Source: a virus
Taxonomy: Duplodnaviria > Caudoviricetes
Virus record (IMG/VR): IMGVR_UViG_3300037150_000108
Span: 1-58,737 of that record
Strand: one strand, 5' to 3'
Length of the DNA stretch: 58,737 bases
The position numbers were made by a program, and so were the translations under genes. Numbering within the stretch: position 1 is the stretch's first letter; the number at the start of each line of letters is the position of its first letter. Of the stretch, positions 10,295-19,567 are shown one piece after another. The notes beneath the pieces are model-generated. The model saw only the letters and a program-made list of their open reading frames with translations. It had not been told where the DNA came from and searched no databases.

Positions 10295-10675
10295 GTGATG
10301 GGGGAAGGTGAAGTGGAATCTGTCCGCCGGGCGATCGAGGATCTGTCACGTAAGACCGAAGCCCAGCATCAGGACAACCAGAGGACCTCGAGGAAGGATC
10401 GGGAAGCCTTCCTCGCGGCCATGACACAGCAGCGCGATTTGTTTCAGGAAGCGCTCAACAAGCAATTTCTGGAGCACATGGAGTTGGTCCGCTCCGTCGA
10501 CAAGGGATTTATCCTGGTGGAGTTGTGCGTCGGCACAGGAAAGCCTGGAGAAGGGCGGCTTGGCCAAGTTGAAGAGACGGTGGAGATGCTCAAGAAGTTC
10601 CGCTGGCAGGCATTAGCTTTGCTTGCCGCTGTGCTCTGGCTTGCGGACAAGATACGACCGGCTATCGGTCACTAG
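10295..10675 (+). CDS. Coiled-coil protein with C-terminal TM helix (lysis-associated, holin-like)
   Basis: Follows the endolysin; hydrophobic WQALALLAAVLWLA near the C-terminus. Confidence 0.45.
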   Translation: MMGEGEVESVRRAIEDLSRKTEAQHQDNQRTSRKDREAFLAAMTQQRDLFQEALNKQFLEHMELVRSVDKGFILVELCVGTGKPGEGRLGQVEETVEMLKKFRWQALALLAAVLWLADKIRPAIGH

Positions 10676-10702
10676 GGAAGAAAGATCGGGGAGGTAACTA
10701 AA

Positions 10703-10975
10703 ATGCACATATGGGTGGAAACGCATGGTTTTGAGTGCGTGTTCTTTTTGTTCGTGTTCTCGCTCATCATGTCCAACGCGCCTAAGCCTCCAGTTCATTG
10801 GGGGTTCTGGAAGCTTTGGGCCTTTGGAGCGATGAAGGCTCTGGGCGCAAGTGCTGCGATGGTCGAGCAGGCAAACCCTCTGGCGCAACAATTTCTCCAG
10901 ACTCAGACCGCAACGCCTGATAAAGTGGTCACAGAAACTGCAGCATCGTCTGGTCCGGTGACGGACCCAAAGTAG
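10703..10975 (+). CDS. Small membrane protein, holin candidate
   Basis: SD GGGAGG; hydrophobic N-terminal segment; lysis context. Confidence 0.45.
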   Translation: MHIWVETHGFECVFFLFVFSLIMSNAPKPPVHWGFWKLWAFGAMKALGASAAMVEQANPLAQQFLQTQTATPDKVVTETAASSGPVTDPK

Positions 10976-11004
10976 CGCCCCCGCAAGGGGAGAGGAGCAA
11001 CACA

Positions 11005-11424
11005 ATGAGCTTTCTGACCACAGTAGGCAAGGACATCAAATCGGTATTCTCCTGGCTCGGCTCGACAAAAGGGCAGGCCGTAGTGCAGACAGCGGAAGGC
11101 GCGGCAGAAGTTGTAGCCACGGCTGCCGGCGTCGGCGGTCCAGTCGCGGCTGGTCTAGGTCTGTTGAATAACTGGATGGGCGAGGCGGTCAAACTGCAGG
11201 CTATGGGTGAAGCGGCCGGAGCTACGCCAGCTTCCAACCCCATCAAAGCGGCGGCGGTTATCTCCACAATGGAGCCGGAATTGCTGTCATTCCTCCAGGC
11301 GAACGGCTATGTCACCACGAACGTCGGCGCACAGGCTGCAAGCATCAACACGGCAGCCGTAGCTCTCTTGAACGCCTTGGGAACCCCGGTTACTCCTGCG
11401 ACCGCGTCCCCAGCCAATGCCTAA
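11005..11424 (+). CDS. Ala-rich amphipathic hypothetical protein in the lysis region
   Basis: SD GAGGAG; 139 aa ORF. Confidence 0.55.
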   Translation: MSFLTTVGKDIKSVFSWLGSTKGQAVVQTAEGAAEVVATAAGVGGPVAAGLGLLNNWMGEAVKLQAMGEAAGATPASNPIKAAAVISTMEPELLSFLQANGYVTTNVGAQAASINTAAVALLNALGTPVTPATASPANA

Positions 11425-11890
11425 CAACCTCGTCATACGCTTCGTTAGTGGTGCCGGATTCGTCAGCGCGGCGATCCGGTACGTCACCAATGCGCCTTGG
11501 ATCATCCACGTAGAGGCTCTGTCCCGCGATGGCAATGCATGGACGGGCGCACACGCTGGATCTGGAGTTCAACCGCGTCCGCTGGACTACTGCAATCCCC
11601 GGATGGAACGTCGCTACTTCATGCCAGTCACGCAGTCAGAGTTCGACCGGGCGCACACGTGGCTGGAGTCAAAGATTGGCGAGAAGTACGACTATTTGGA
11701 CATCCTTGGCCTGGCTCTGAAGCATCGAGTATGGAACCCCCACCGGGTTATCTGCTCGGTATTGATGATGCAGTTTATGCAGCAGGCAGGAATGGAGCCG
11801 CTGAACGTCCTGGCTCAGTTCGACGCGCTCATCACCCCAGATGAATTGCACATGTCGAACCTGTTCATCGGGCGATCAAGGGGTTTCTAA
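11417..11890 (+). CDS. Permuted papain-like NlpC/P60 protein (YiiX/YaeF-like)
   Basis: His (IIHVEA) precedes Cys (IGEKYDY...VICSVL), the permuted order. Confidence 0.7.
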   Translation: MPNNLVIRFVSGAGFVSAAIRYVTNAPWIIHVEALSRDGNAWTGAHAGSGVQPRPLDYCNPRMERRYFMPVTQSEFDRAHTWLESKIGEKYDYLDILGLALKHRVWNPHRVICSVLMMQFMQQAGMEPLNVLAQFDALITPDELHMSNLFIGRSRGF

Positions 11891-12779
11891 GATACCGGAC
11901 AGCCGCGCTGTACTTCGCCAGCAGACGCAGGTACGTCTTCTCGGGCAGTTTGAACAGACGCTCGGGGTTCATGTTGTCCGCGAGGTCTGCCAGCTTCACT
12001 TTGATCGCCAGCGGGTTCTCGGAGACACGCCGAATGTAGGCCTCGTAGGACTCTCCATCCAGATGGCACAGTGCGATACAGCACCTCAGTACTTCGGGCT
12101 GGAACTCGGCCTGAATGGTAAGCGCCCATGTGTCGGTAAATTGCGAGTCCTCTAAAACGTCGTGCAGCAGCGCGCAGACCTGTTCCTCATGTGTCTCCAT
12201 CGCCATGGCTACGCGCGCAACGTGGAAGAGATAGCTTTCTCCTTGCATGTCGAGTTGCAGCCCATGCACACTGACGGCGATCTCCCAGGCTTTGCGTACC
12301 ATCTCTGCTGTGACCGGATCCAGCGGCGGCAGCGTCTCTTGTGGGGCTGGAGATGTAGTAATGTCGTCCAACATGTTTGGCCAGTTAGCCGCAATCTTGG
12401 CCATCAATTCCAGCGCTACATCTTTTGGTTGGTAACCGTGCAGGTATAGGTTCAAGATATTCGCAGTCTGGGATAGCCATATTTCCGGTTCTACTACCTC
12501 GTGCTTGGCTGCTGTCTCCTCAACTGCGTACTCATCGCGGTCTGTCATCATTGGTTCTATCGCCTTCGGATCGTCAGTCTCGCGGTACGGCCAAGCCCAT
12601 GCAGGCCAGTTACGCTTACGAACGCCGGGGCACAACTCCTCCAACACGTCGCCCAACGTTCGTTTGGCTGCCGTCTCCTCTATGGGTGATGCGAGGGGCT
12701 TCCAGTTGACACCTTTCGGACTGTCTTCGCAGATGCAGTTATACCTACGGCAATAATGGCACATCGCTCCGTCACCCAT
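11865..12779 (-). CDS. HD-domain protein, Mesh1/SpoT-like small alarmone hydrolase, with N-terminal extension
   Basis: YLFHVARVA...ALLHDVLEDS...YEAYIRRV...AIKVKLADLADN. Confidence 0.8.
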   Translation of the reverse strand: MGDGAMCHYCRRYNCICEDSPKGVNWKPLASPIEETAAKRTLGDVLEELCPGVRKRNWPAWAWPYRETDDPKAIEPMMTDRDEYAVEETAAKHEVVEPEIWLSQTANILNLYLHGYQPKDVALELMAKIAANWPNMLDDITTSPAPQETLPPLDPVTAEMVRKAWEIAVSVHGLQLDMQGESYLFHVARVAMAMETHEEQVCALLHDVLEDSQFTDTWALTIQAEFQPEVLRCCIALCHLDGESYEAYIRRVSENPLAIKVKLADLADNMNPERLFKLPEKTYLRLLAKYSAAVRYLRNPLIAR

Positions 12780-12787
12780 TCGTTACC

Positions 12788-13162
12788 TCATTTCTGTCGC
12801 AAGTCCCTGAGAACCTCATCAGCCTCAAGCACAATGTTGGTGGCTTCCGTGCTACACACTGGACCAAACTCTATAAAGTCGCGCAATTTCTTGACCATCA
12901 GTTCTAGGTCAGAAACACGTTCCTGGGCAGCTTGGGCGGCCGCGTCAGTCCATGCTTCGGCTTCCGAGAAACGCCACTCACCGACATTCTCTACGCGCTT
13001 TTTACCACGTGAAGAGCGGCACCTCAGGGTGGACATTACGCACCACATCCACTGTTTAGTGCCGTCTGGTTGCTTGGCGAACGCACTACTTAGTTTGGCA
13101 TCCGGCCACACCTTGAGCACCTTCTGCTTCGCGCTCATCGTTTCCTTCGTCGGGTTAGTCAT
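12788..13162 (-). CDS. Hypothetical protein
   Basis: Tightly packed minus-strand operon with ATGA overlap. Confidence 0.55.
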   Translation of the reverse strand: MTNPTKETMSAKQKVLKVWPDAKLSSAFAKQPDGTKQWMWCVMSTLRCRSSRGKKRVENVGEWRFSEAEAWTDAAAQAAQERVSDLELMVKKLRDFIEFGPVCSTEATNIVLEADEVLRDLRQK

Positions 13163-13821
13163 GGCGTCTTCCCTCCAGATGGGACAGGCTTAGAAAACTT
13201 TCTCCACAATTCGTCTGTCCACTTGCTGCACTCTGGAGTGGGTTTCCAAAATCCAAACTTGTCGAGCGTTATAAAGTCTGTATTTGCAATAATCATCGGC
13301 GTCACATCGCACTTGGTATTGCTGAAAGCCATGCCTTTCGGGGTCCATCTTCCAGTGTCGTTGAACATGACTCCATGAGCGATGAACAGGTCGCGCTCAA
13401 AATTGTATTCAGCACCCCATCCTGCGTCTTCAACGGCCCTCCAGTAAGCAAGCCTAACTTTTTCATCTGAGGTAAGCGGAATCGTTACCTTCTCTCTTGG
13501 TTTAGGTTGCGGAAGTTGCTCTGAACACATGACCTCGAACTTTCTTCCAGTGTCCGCGTTGATTTTGTCTAACCGCACCTGAAGAGAGTTGCACAAGGTA
13601 GTCACTTCGGCAGCGGTGTCCGGCTTGGCCTTCTCTGTTGCAGGAGGGGCAGGCTGCGTGCCGTTGTCCTCGGCCCAAATACCCCCAACCTTCTCGCAGT
13701 GCGCTTGGGTGTACTCGCTCAAGCCCACGACATGTCCATTCAGCACGCAGACCATCTTAGGCTTCGTCGTCTGCGCGTTCACCGAGAGGGCAATCAGTAG
13801 GAATAGGCTAGTCAATCTCAT
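13159..13821 (-). CDS. Secreted or periplasmic hypothetical protein
   Basis: Signal peptide MRLTSLFLLIALSVNA|Q; paired Cys. Confidence 0.55.
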   Translation of the reverse strand: MRLTSLFLLIALSVNAQTTKPKMVCVLNGHVVGLSEYTQAHCEKVGGIWAEDNGTQPAPPATEKAKPDTAAEVTTLCNSLQVRLDKINADTGRKFEVMCSEQLPQPKPREKVTIPLTSDEKVRLAYWRAVEDAGWGAEYNFERDLFIAHGVMFNDTGRWTPKGMAFSNTKCDVTPMIIANTDFITLDKFGFWKPTPECSKWTDELWRKFSKPVPSGGKTP

Positions 13822-13869
13822 TTCACAGGCTCTTTCAGGCTAGGGGACAGTTGCCCATCCCCTGCCGGG

Positions 13870-14475
13870 TCACATCAGTTTGAGGTTCTTTGCAGCTTGT
13901 GCGGTCGCAGCACGTTCTTCTCGGCGCTTCTTCTGGCGCACCTGCTCGTCGTCCTCTTCCGGCTCCTCGGCCGCGGCATCAGCTTCCGCCTCACCTTCGT
14001 CGTCGGACTCTTCCTCTTCTTCTGGAGCATCGGTCACTTCAAAAGATGCGTCAAACTCCTCGCCGGCCATCTGTCCCGTCCAGCGCAACAAGTCAGTCGA
14101 GAACCCGCAAACCATTTGGAACTTTACGACTGTCTCCGGGTCTTCCTCGCTTGCCATATTCTCCACGATGAAATGTGAGAGTTTGGCCTTCGGTGCCTCG
14201 ATTGGAGAAGGGCCAAAGAGCTGCTGCTCGGTCATGATGACATTGCAGTAGTCGATGGTCTGGGTGCAGCGAACTACTTCGCCAGTCTTCATTACGAAGT
14301 CTCGCGCATCTGCAAGCCAGTCCGGAAAGCCTGTGACCTTCTGCCCGGTCAAGGGCATCGTTAGGAGTAGCTTCAGTCTCTTCTGCTTGGTGGGGGCCTT
14401 GCCTACCAGACCTACATACGACCGGATGCGGATACGTCGGATCGCCTTCGGGGAAAACCAGAGTTTCGGAGCCAT
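13870..14475 (-). CDS. Hypothetical protein with acidic C-terminal tract
   Basis: Start re-called at MAPKLWF (AAAGG upstream); EEEEESDDEGE tract. Confidence 0.6.
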   Translation of the reverse strand: MAPKLWFSPKAIRRIRIRSYVGLVGKAPTKQKRLKLLLTMPLTGQKVTGFPDWLADARDFVMKTGEVVRCTQTIDYCNVIMTEQQLFGPSPIEAPKAKLSHFIVENMASEEDPETVVKFQMVCGFSTDLLRWTGQMAGEEFDASFEVTDAPEEEEESDDEGEAEADAAAEEPEEDDEQVRQKKRREERAATAQAAKNLKLM

Positions 14476-14506
14476 GCGTTTGCCTTTCGTGGTGCAGGAT
14501 GTGAAT

Positions 14507-15028
14507 CTAAAAGTTCTCAACCAGTGGAAGCTCGAGGGTAGTTGCTACCGGGTCGAGCACACGCACTCTGACTTCTACGCGCTCCCGAGTTCCATACTGC
14601 TTGCGTGGCCTGTCAAACTCAACGACTTGCGAGTCGTCTTCGTACAAAACGCCTGTGAGCGCATCGAGAACTGCTCGGATCAACTTGTCTAAGTCCGGCC
14701 GCACCACCATCTGCGTGCGCTTCTGGCTGACCGATGCAGGCCTGACGAACGTAAACACTACGGCTACGGATACCGGGATATGCCTGCCCGCCATCGGCTT
14801 CGGGAACTTCGCGCGCACCAGAGCGTTGTGGGCTTCTGCTGATACGTGGCGCCGGTAGGCTTTCAGGTCGGGATTGTCCGAAGTCAAGATCGACCGCGGC
14901 TTCTGCACCCAGATAGGCTTTCCGTCAGGCGTGCAGGGGTTCTGAGGGTCCACGCGGCCTTCGATGATAAATCCGGCGACCGAACCCTGGGGCTCGCCAA
15001 CTCTGTCGACTGCAAAGCTAATCTCCAT
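14507..15028 (-). CDS. rusA: RusA-family Holliday junction resolvase
   Basis: GEPQGS; RPDLDKLIRAVLDAL; YEDDSQVVE. Confidence 0.9.
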   Translation of the reverse strand: MEISFAVDRVGEPQGSVAGFIIEGRVDPQNPCTPDGKPIWVQKPRSILTSDNPDLKAYRRHVSAEAHNALVRAKFPKPMAGRHIPVSVAVVFTFVRPASVSQKRTQMVVRPDLDKLIRAVLDALTGVLYEDDSQVVEFDRPRKQYGTRERVEVRVRVLDPVATTLELPLVENF

Positions 15029-15227
15029 CCTGCACCTCTACCAGTCGGGGCTCGGCTGGGCGCACCAGCTTGTCCAACGTGGGGTCTTGGCAGTCTCGAT
15101 GCTGCACGCGAGAGCCTACAAACCTCCAGCGATGATGCAGGAGAATGGGCAACTCGCACAGGGAACAGATGCGCCCTCGAGTCTCTGGCCACGGGCGTCC
15201 GCAACTCGGGCAGTTTCCGGTGTTCAT
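15018..15227 (-). CDS. Small Cys/His-rich Zn-finger protein
   Basis: CPSC, CSLC, HRDC. Confidence 0.55.
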   Translation of the reverse strand: MNTGNCPSCGRPWPETRGRICSLCELPILLHHRWRFVGSRVQHRDCQDPTLDKLVRPAEPRLVEVQDGD

Positions 15228-15466
15228 AGTTTGTCCGCATACAAACGAACAGCATTATCCGTGCTCGGTATTATCACGACAGCATGACCTAGCAGCCGCG
15301 CCGTAGCTACCTTGGCAAACGATTCGGGAGTAAGTATCAGCGACTCAATATTTACCCACCCAGCGCCCCAATCGGAAGCCCAACGATTTTTCTGTCGATT
15401 CAGGACGCACTCAAGCTCATAAACACGCTTCTGTAGCCTCCGCGCTTCCCTCTGGCTGATCTTCAT
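15224..15466 (-). CDS. Hypothetical protein
   Basis: Start re-called at MKISQREARR with GAGGT upstream and ATGA overlap. Confidence 0.55.
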   Translation of the reverse strand: MKISQREARRLQKRVYELECVLNRQKNRWASDWGAGWVNIESLILTPESFAKVATARLLGHAVVIIPSTDNAVRLYADKL

Positions 15467-15780
15467 CGAATCACCTCTGGCTTTCGCCCTTTGCCGTGCA
15501 TTTCCTCGATATGGCAGGCATAACATCCCCCGCACACGTTCTCTCTGCCCCAGCCGTGCACACGCTTGGCCTTGAGGTGCACCAGATGCCAGCGTTCGAG
15601 CACTGAGCCACCCTTGGGCAGCACGCGGGGACCGCTGCACTTAGTCGACAGGTGCAACTGGCAGCGCCCGCATGACTCCTCGTAGACCAATTCACGGATC
15701 GCGGACTTCTCTGCCGGCGTGGGCTGGCCGCGGCGTGTTCCTTTGCGGACCTTGTTGATCGGCTTACTTCGTGGGAGCAT
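15463..15780 (-). CDS. HNH-like nuclease (NinG-like architecture)
   Basis: Basic N-terminus; GRCQ....C...HLVH....HG...N...GCYACH. Confidence 0.6.
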   Translation of the reverse strand: MLPRSKPINKVRKGTRRGQPTPAEKSAIRELVYEESCGRCQLHLSTKCSGPRVLPKGGSVLERWHLVHLKAKRVHGWGRENVCGGCYACHIEEMHGKGRKPEVIR

Positions 15781-16570
15781 ACTTCCCCGTTCTCGCCCAT
15801 GGGGGCAGATCAAGACTTGTGATCCCCATCTCTGGGTCGAACTCCTCCACTGACCGCTTCAGTTGCTCCTTGAGCTTCGGGCTCTGCATCTGCTCCCGAA
15901 CCTGCTCTGGGTTGCCGCAGCGGGCGAGTAGCTTCTGCACCTTCTCCTCAACCTCTCCAAGAAACCGCACCACGCCGACCTCGATCTCCATGATGCGCTT
16001 CTCGTCGCGTGGCAGACGCTTCACGAATATCTGCAACTCTGGGTAGTTCTCGATGCGCGGATCATAGCTGGCGAAGTCTACCCAGTCTCGCTCCCAGCAT
16101 GCCATCTGTGTGTAGCACTGGTCCTTGTGTTCCTCAGGTACTTCGCAGTCGCCATCGATCATCCACTCAATATGCGTAACCGACGTTGGGCACTTGAATT
16201 CTGCCAGCCCGTCTTTGCCGATCAGACCATCAGGCGATGCAGCCAGCAACTCAATCCTGGGGTGGGTGGCTATGCCTACCTTGGCATCCCGGCCCGCGCA
16301 GGGCTCCACCTCGTTGCCGGAGACGATCTCGTAAGCTGCGCGTGCGTACTTCTCGTTGTCGGTTCCCCAAACCATCGCGTCTGAGACGAAGTGATCGACT
16401 GCATAACCCGTCAGGCGCTCGGTGACAACCTCGATCAGGTATCGCTTGCGTTTGGCGGTCGGGGCACCCTTTATGGTCAAGTCCATCACATCCTTGACGC
16501 GGGATGCGGTGACCTTGCCGATGCGGAATTGCAGCCAAGCTGGAGTTTGCTGCTGGATCTGGTGGATCAT
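15764..16570 (-). CDS. YqaJ / lambda-exonuclease family recombination nuclease
   Basis: QQTPAWLQFRIGKVTAS; AMVWGTDNE; ASPDGL; EFKCP; QCYTQM. Confidence 0.9.
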   Translation of the reverse strand: MIHQIQQQTPAWLQFRIGKVTASRVKDVMDLTIKGAPTAKRKRYLIEVVTERLTGYAVDHFVSDAMVWGTDNEKYARAAYEIVSGNEVEPCAGRDAKVGIATHPRIELLAASPDGLIGKDGLAEFKCPTSVTHIEWMIDGDCEVPEEHKDQCYTQMACWERDWVDFASYDPRIENYPELQIFVKRLPRDEKRIMEIEVGVVRFLGEVEEKVQKLLARCGNPEQVREQMQSPKLKEQLKRSVEEFDPEMGITSLDLPPWARTGKYAPTK

Positions 16571-16755
16571 GGCTTGCCTGTCCGTTTCTTCCTGGGCGCC
16601 GCTTGGGGATATGCCTTGTCCCCGCAACGATGCTCCATGTCTCTCGGAAGCTCCACGCCGCAATGCGGACAAAGTAGAGACTTTCCGGGGAACCCGGACG
16701 CTTTGGCCACGCATCCGGTGTCGGTCCACTCCATTTCCAACGTGTTGAGGTTCAT
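16567..16755 (-). CDS. Small Zn-ribbon protein
   Basis: CPHCG...HRC; SD GGAGG; ATGA overlap. Confidence 0.55.
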   Translation of the reverse strand: MNLNTLEMEWTDTGCVAKASGFPGKSLLCPHCGVELPRDMEHRCGDKAYPQAAPRKKRTGKP

Positions 16756-16767
16756 GTGACGGGCCTC

Positions 16768-17847
16768 CTAGTAGCTGATTTTCGTGTGAGGGATTTCGCC
16801 TTTGGCAATTGCTTCGACGATCTTCTTTGCGGCAGGCTCGGGAATCATCAGCGCAACGATGGCCGCTAAGACTTCCCGATTGATCTTGGCGCAGTGCCGC
16901 TTGTTGGCCTCGCGCTTCTCGGCGGCCTCTGTTTCCTTGCGGGTAGCCTCTTCGATCGCTGCTGCAGCCCTCTGGCGCTCAAGGACTACAGCCGCCTCTT
17001 CCCGGCGTTTGGCAATCTCGGCATGTTCCTTCTCGCGCAGTGCAGCCAGCCGCTCAGATTCGAGTCTCTGCGCCTCTGCCTGCTTCGCTCGGGCCTCTGC
17101 CTCAGCCTTTTCCAGTTCGACGCGCTCATGAGCCGCCTGCGCAGCCTTGGCAGCCGCTTCCTCGCGCCGCTTGGCCTCCCACTCAGCCCGTTCGGTGGCT
17201 TCCTTCGCAATCTGGGCCTCGCGTGCTTCCTGATCGCGCTTGGCTTGCTCTTTGCGCAGTGTCTCCAGTTCCGCACGCTCAGATTCCAACTTCTCGCGGC
17301 GGGCGATGGCTTCCTTGATCTGGCGGATCGTGACGACCACAACGGCCTGGGCGCGGCTTATGAACTCCTGCCAGTCATACTCCGTTGCCGTGATCGTTGT
17401 CAGCCGCTCCCGCATAACATCAACTGCCGTAGACTCCCAATAGCGCGAAGTCTCATCTCCGACCGTGACGAGGGATTGCAATGCAGCCTCATGCCGTGCA
17501 ACCCGCTCCTTCTCTGCGTTCTCCCAGTCGGTCAGGGGCTTGCGAACCTCAATCTGCAATGCCTCGAAGCGATCCCAGATGCGACCACGCTCCCGGTCGA
17601 TGGCCTTCAGTTCCTCCTTCCGGCCAGCCACAAGGTCTTTGCCGCTCGCCTCGACAAAGGTTTTGGACTTTGCCACCTTGAACGCGAGGGATGCCAGCGC
17701 CTTGCGGTTGGCCTCGGTTGAGATGTCCAGGCATGCGGCTTCCCGTCGCACCTCGGCTTCGATTGCATCCATGATCGGATCGAGCTTGCCGGGTTTGAAG
17801 AGTTCCGCAGGGGTGATGGTTTCGATTCTTGCCAGTTCGGTCGTCAT
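16768..17847 (-). CDS. Coiled-coil phage protein typical of recombination modules
   Basis: LASLAFKVAKSKT...VRKPLTDWE; long Ala/Glu/Arg coil; C-terminal AIAKGEIPHTKISY. Confidence 0.7.
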   Translation of the reverse strand: MTTELARIETITPAELFKPGKLDPIMDAIEAEVRREAACLDISTEANRKALASLAFKVAKSKTFVEASGKDLVAGRKEELKAIDRERGRIWDRFEALQIEVRKPLTDWENAEKERVARHEAALQSLVTVGDETSRYWESTAVDVMRERLTTITATEYDWQEFISRAQAVVVVTIRQIKEAIARREKLESERAELETLRKEQAKRDQEAREAQIAKEATERAEWEAKRREEAAAKAAQAAHERVELEKAEAEARAKQAEAQRLESERLAALREKEHAEIAKRREEAAVVLERQRAAAAIEEATRKETEAAEKREANKRHCAKINREVLAAIVALMIPEPAAKKIVEAIAKGEIPHTKISY

Positions 17848-17917
17848 GTGATTTCTCCAAGTTGATTGCGTTGCGTGTGCGGGTTAGGCTTTGTCTGTTT
17901 GCGCGGGATAGTTGGGA

Positions 17918-18097
17918 TCAGTCGGCATCGTCAAAGTCTCCATTCATCGCATCCAAGCAAAACTGCGAACAGCACCAGCGCCCATCGGGAAGCGCAAAAT
18001 CCTCGCCCCTACCTTCTCTAAATGCGGGGTCGGTGTCGTCGGCGGGGTATTCCTTGCCGCAAGGCTCATCGCAGCATGGGCAATGGATGATCTTCAT
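17918..18097 (-). CDS. Small Cys-rich protein (59 aa, not in ORF track)
   Basis: Translated by hand: MKIIHCPCCDEPCGKE...WCCSQFC; ATGA overlap with erf. Confidence 0.55.
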   Translation of the reverse strand: MKIIHCPCCDEPCGKEYPADDTDPAFREGRGEDFALPDGRWCCSQFCLDAMNGDFDDAD

Positions 18098-18882
18098 GCT
18101 GCCTGCTCCTGTAGTTCAGCCTTGCGTTTCTCGTATGCAGCCAGGATCGCGCTCATCGCCGGCCGATCGTTGAGCTTCTGTGCAGCCTTGTAGTTACCCG
18201 CGTAGATGGTCTTCAGTTCTTCCCGAGTTGCCGCGGCTTCGATGTTGGTGCAGGCATCGATCAGTTCTTCCTCGGCCATCGTGGGCTTCGCTGACGACTG
18301 CTGGCGGTTCCCGTCTGTGTCTGGCATCCCGGCCGCCATGCCCACCGCAGCGAGAAACGTGTACTTCTCGAGGTAGCTGAGGGTTGACGCCTTGGCCTGG
18401 ATGTCGTTCTTGGTGCCAGACGTATCAGGTCCAGACGTCAGCGGCACACCCGGCTCCTCATAGCTGCCGTACTTGAGGATGCAGGTCACAGTAAGGTCAG
18501 TGCCTCTCTCAAGGATGGCGTAGCCGTGCGTGATTCCATACTCGGCCAGCCCCTTCTGCGCCTCTGTGGTGATGTTGTCAAGATCAGCGAAGGAGTAAGT
18601 GAAGGTTCCGCCCGCCTTGGTCTGCACGGTAGCCATGCGCTTCTTGATGATCGCCGGAGGGTTCTTCTTGAACTCAGCCAGCGCGTGACGCATAGCCTTC
18701 TTGTCTTGCCTGATCTCCCACTTATCCTGCATATCGAGCAATTTGTTGAGCTTATCGATGTCAACGTTTGGATTGGAAGCGAGTTTGACGATGCTCGCCA
18801 TGAGCCCGCCGCCAGACTCTTCCGGAACCTGTCTGCCGGCGATTGCCTTCGCTTGCTGTACGACTATTTCTTGTGCTGCCAT
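18094..18882 (-). CDS. erf: Erf-family single-strand annealing protein
   Basis: VDIDKLNKLLDMQ; YSFADLD; QAKASTLSYLEKYTF...DTDGN; start re-called at MAAQEIV with GGAGG. Confidence 0.85.
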   Translation of the reverse strand: MAAQEIVVQQAKAIAGRQVPEESGGGLMASIVKLASNPNVDIDKLNKLLDMQDKWEIRQDKKAMRHALAEFKKNPPAIIKKRMATVQTKAGGTFTYSFADLDNITTEAQKGLAEYGITHGYAILERGTDLTVTCILKYGSYEEPGVPLTSGPDTSGTKNDIQAKASTLSYLEKYTFLAAVGMAAGMPDTDGNRQQSSAKPTMAEEELIDACTNIEAAATREELKTIYAGNYKAAQKLNDRPAMSAILAAYEKRKAELQEQAA

Positions 18883-18895
18883 TGTGCCTCCAGCC

Positions 18896-19126
18896 TTACT
18901 TTGAATGGGTTGGGCAGTAGTCGGTATCGGGTCCGACGTGCTTTGCGCACTGATCACACATCTTGGCATCGCAGGTCCGTTTGTGCCCGACATCTCCGAC
19001 ACTGACACTGAAATCGCAGAGCTTCGTGTGCTCCCTATGCTTGCAGAACTGACACAGAGGACGCCGTGACCGTCGAATGATTGCGTGCCCACCTCCCGGT
19101 AGGTCAATCACTTCGCAGGGCATTGG
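18896..19126 (-). CDS. Cys-rich Zn-finger protein
   Basis: CQFC...LCDF...TCDAKMCDQC...DYCPTH; start approximate. Confidence 0.6.
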   Translation of the reverse strand, partial: PMPCEVIDLPGGGHAIIRRSRRPLCQFCKHREHTKLCDFSVSVGDVGHKRTCDAKMCDQCAKHVGPDTDYCPTHSK

Positions 19127-19260
19127 CTGCCTCCGAACAACTTCCACCGGGCTTGGTCCGGCACGTTGCGGCCCTCGCGCAGAGCCTCGGCTTTGAGTGC
19201 CTTCAGTTGCGCGACTGTCACGCGGAACTTGAGAAACTCGGTCTTAGTCTTTGGTGCCAT
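19108..19260 (-). CDS. Small ribbon-helix-helix-like DNA-binding protein
   Basis: MAPKTKTEFLKFRVTVAQLKALKAEALREGRNV; SD GGAGGT. Confidence 0.55.
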   Translation of the reverse strand: MAPKTKTEFLKFRVTVAQLKALKAEALREGRNVPDQARWKLFGGSQCPAK

Positions 19261-19285
19261 AGAGTTACCTCCGGGACATGAGTCC

Positions 19286-19564
19286 CTATGCTTGCTTTCG
19301 CATTTCTTCCGCATCTTCTCGGCTAATGTGTTCCTGCGGCCCACAAACGGCTAAGGCCCCTTTGAGTGTGAGATGGAACATGCTAGCGCCGCCCCAGAGA
19401 GGGCCGGTGCGCTCAATGGCGTCACCTTCAGCCACCATCGCCTGCAACTCTGGATAATCGCCGCTCCCTGGGCCAGTACAAAAACGGTTGCGATAGGATG
19501 TGTTCTGCTTATTGGGCAACCCCAGCGCGAAGCGTGCGAGTTTCGTTTGTGCTTCAGTCATCAT
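19286..19564 (-). CDS. Hypothetical phage protein
   Basis: ARFALGL...SYRNRF...FHLT motif pattern; SD AAGGA. Confidence 0.6.
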   Translation of the reverse strand: MMTEAQTKLARFALGLPNKQNTSYRNRFCTGPGSGDYPELQAMVAEGDAIERTGPLWGGASMFHLTLKGALAVCGPQEHISREDAEEMRKQA

Positions 19565-19567
19565 TCC

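Noticed and set aside
16768-17847. TolA-like envelope protein
   Set aside because: No TM anchor; similarity would be compositional; lies in the recombination module
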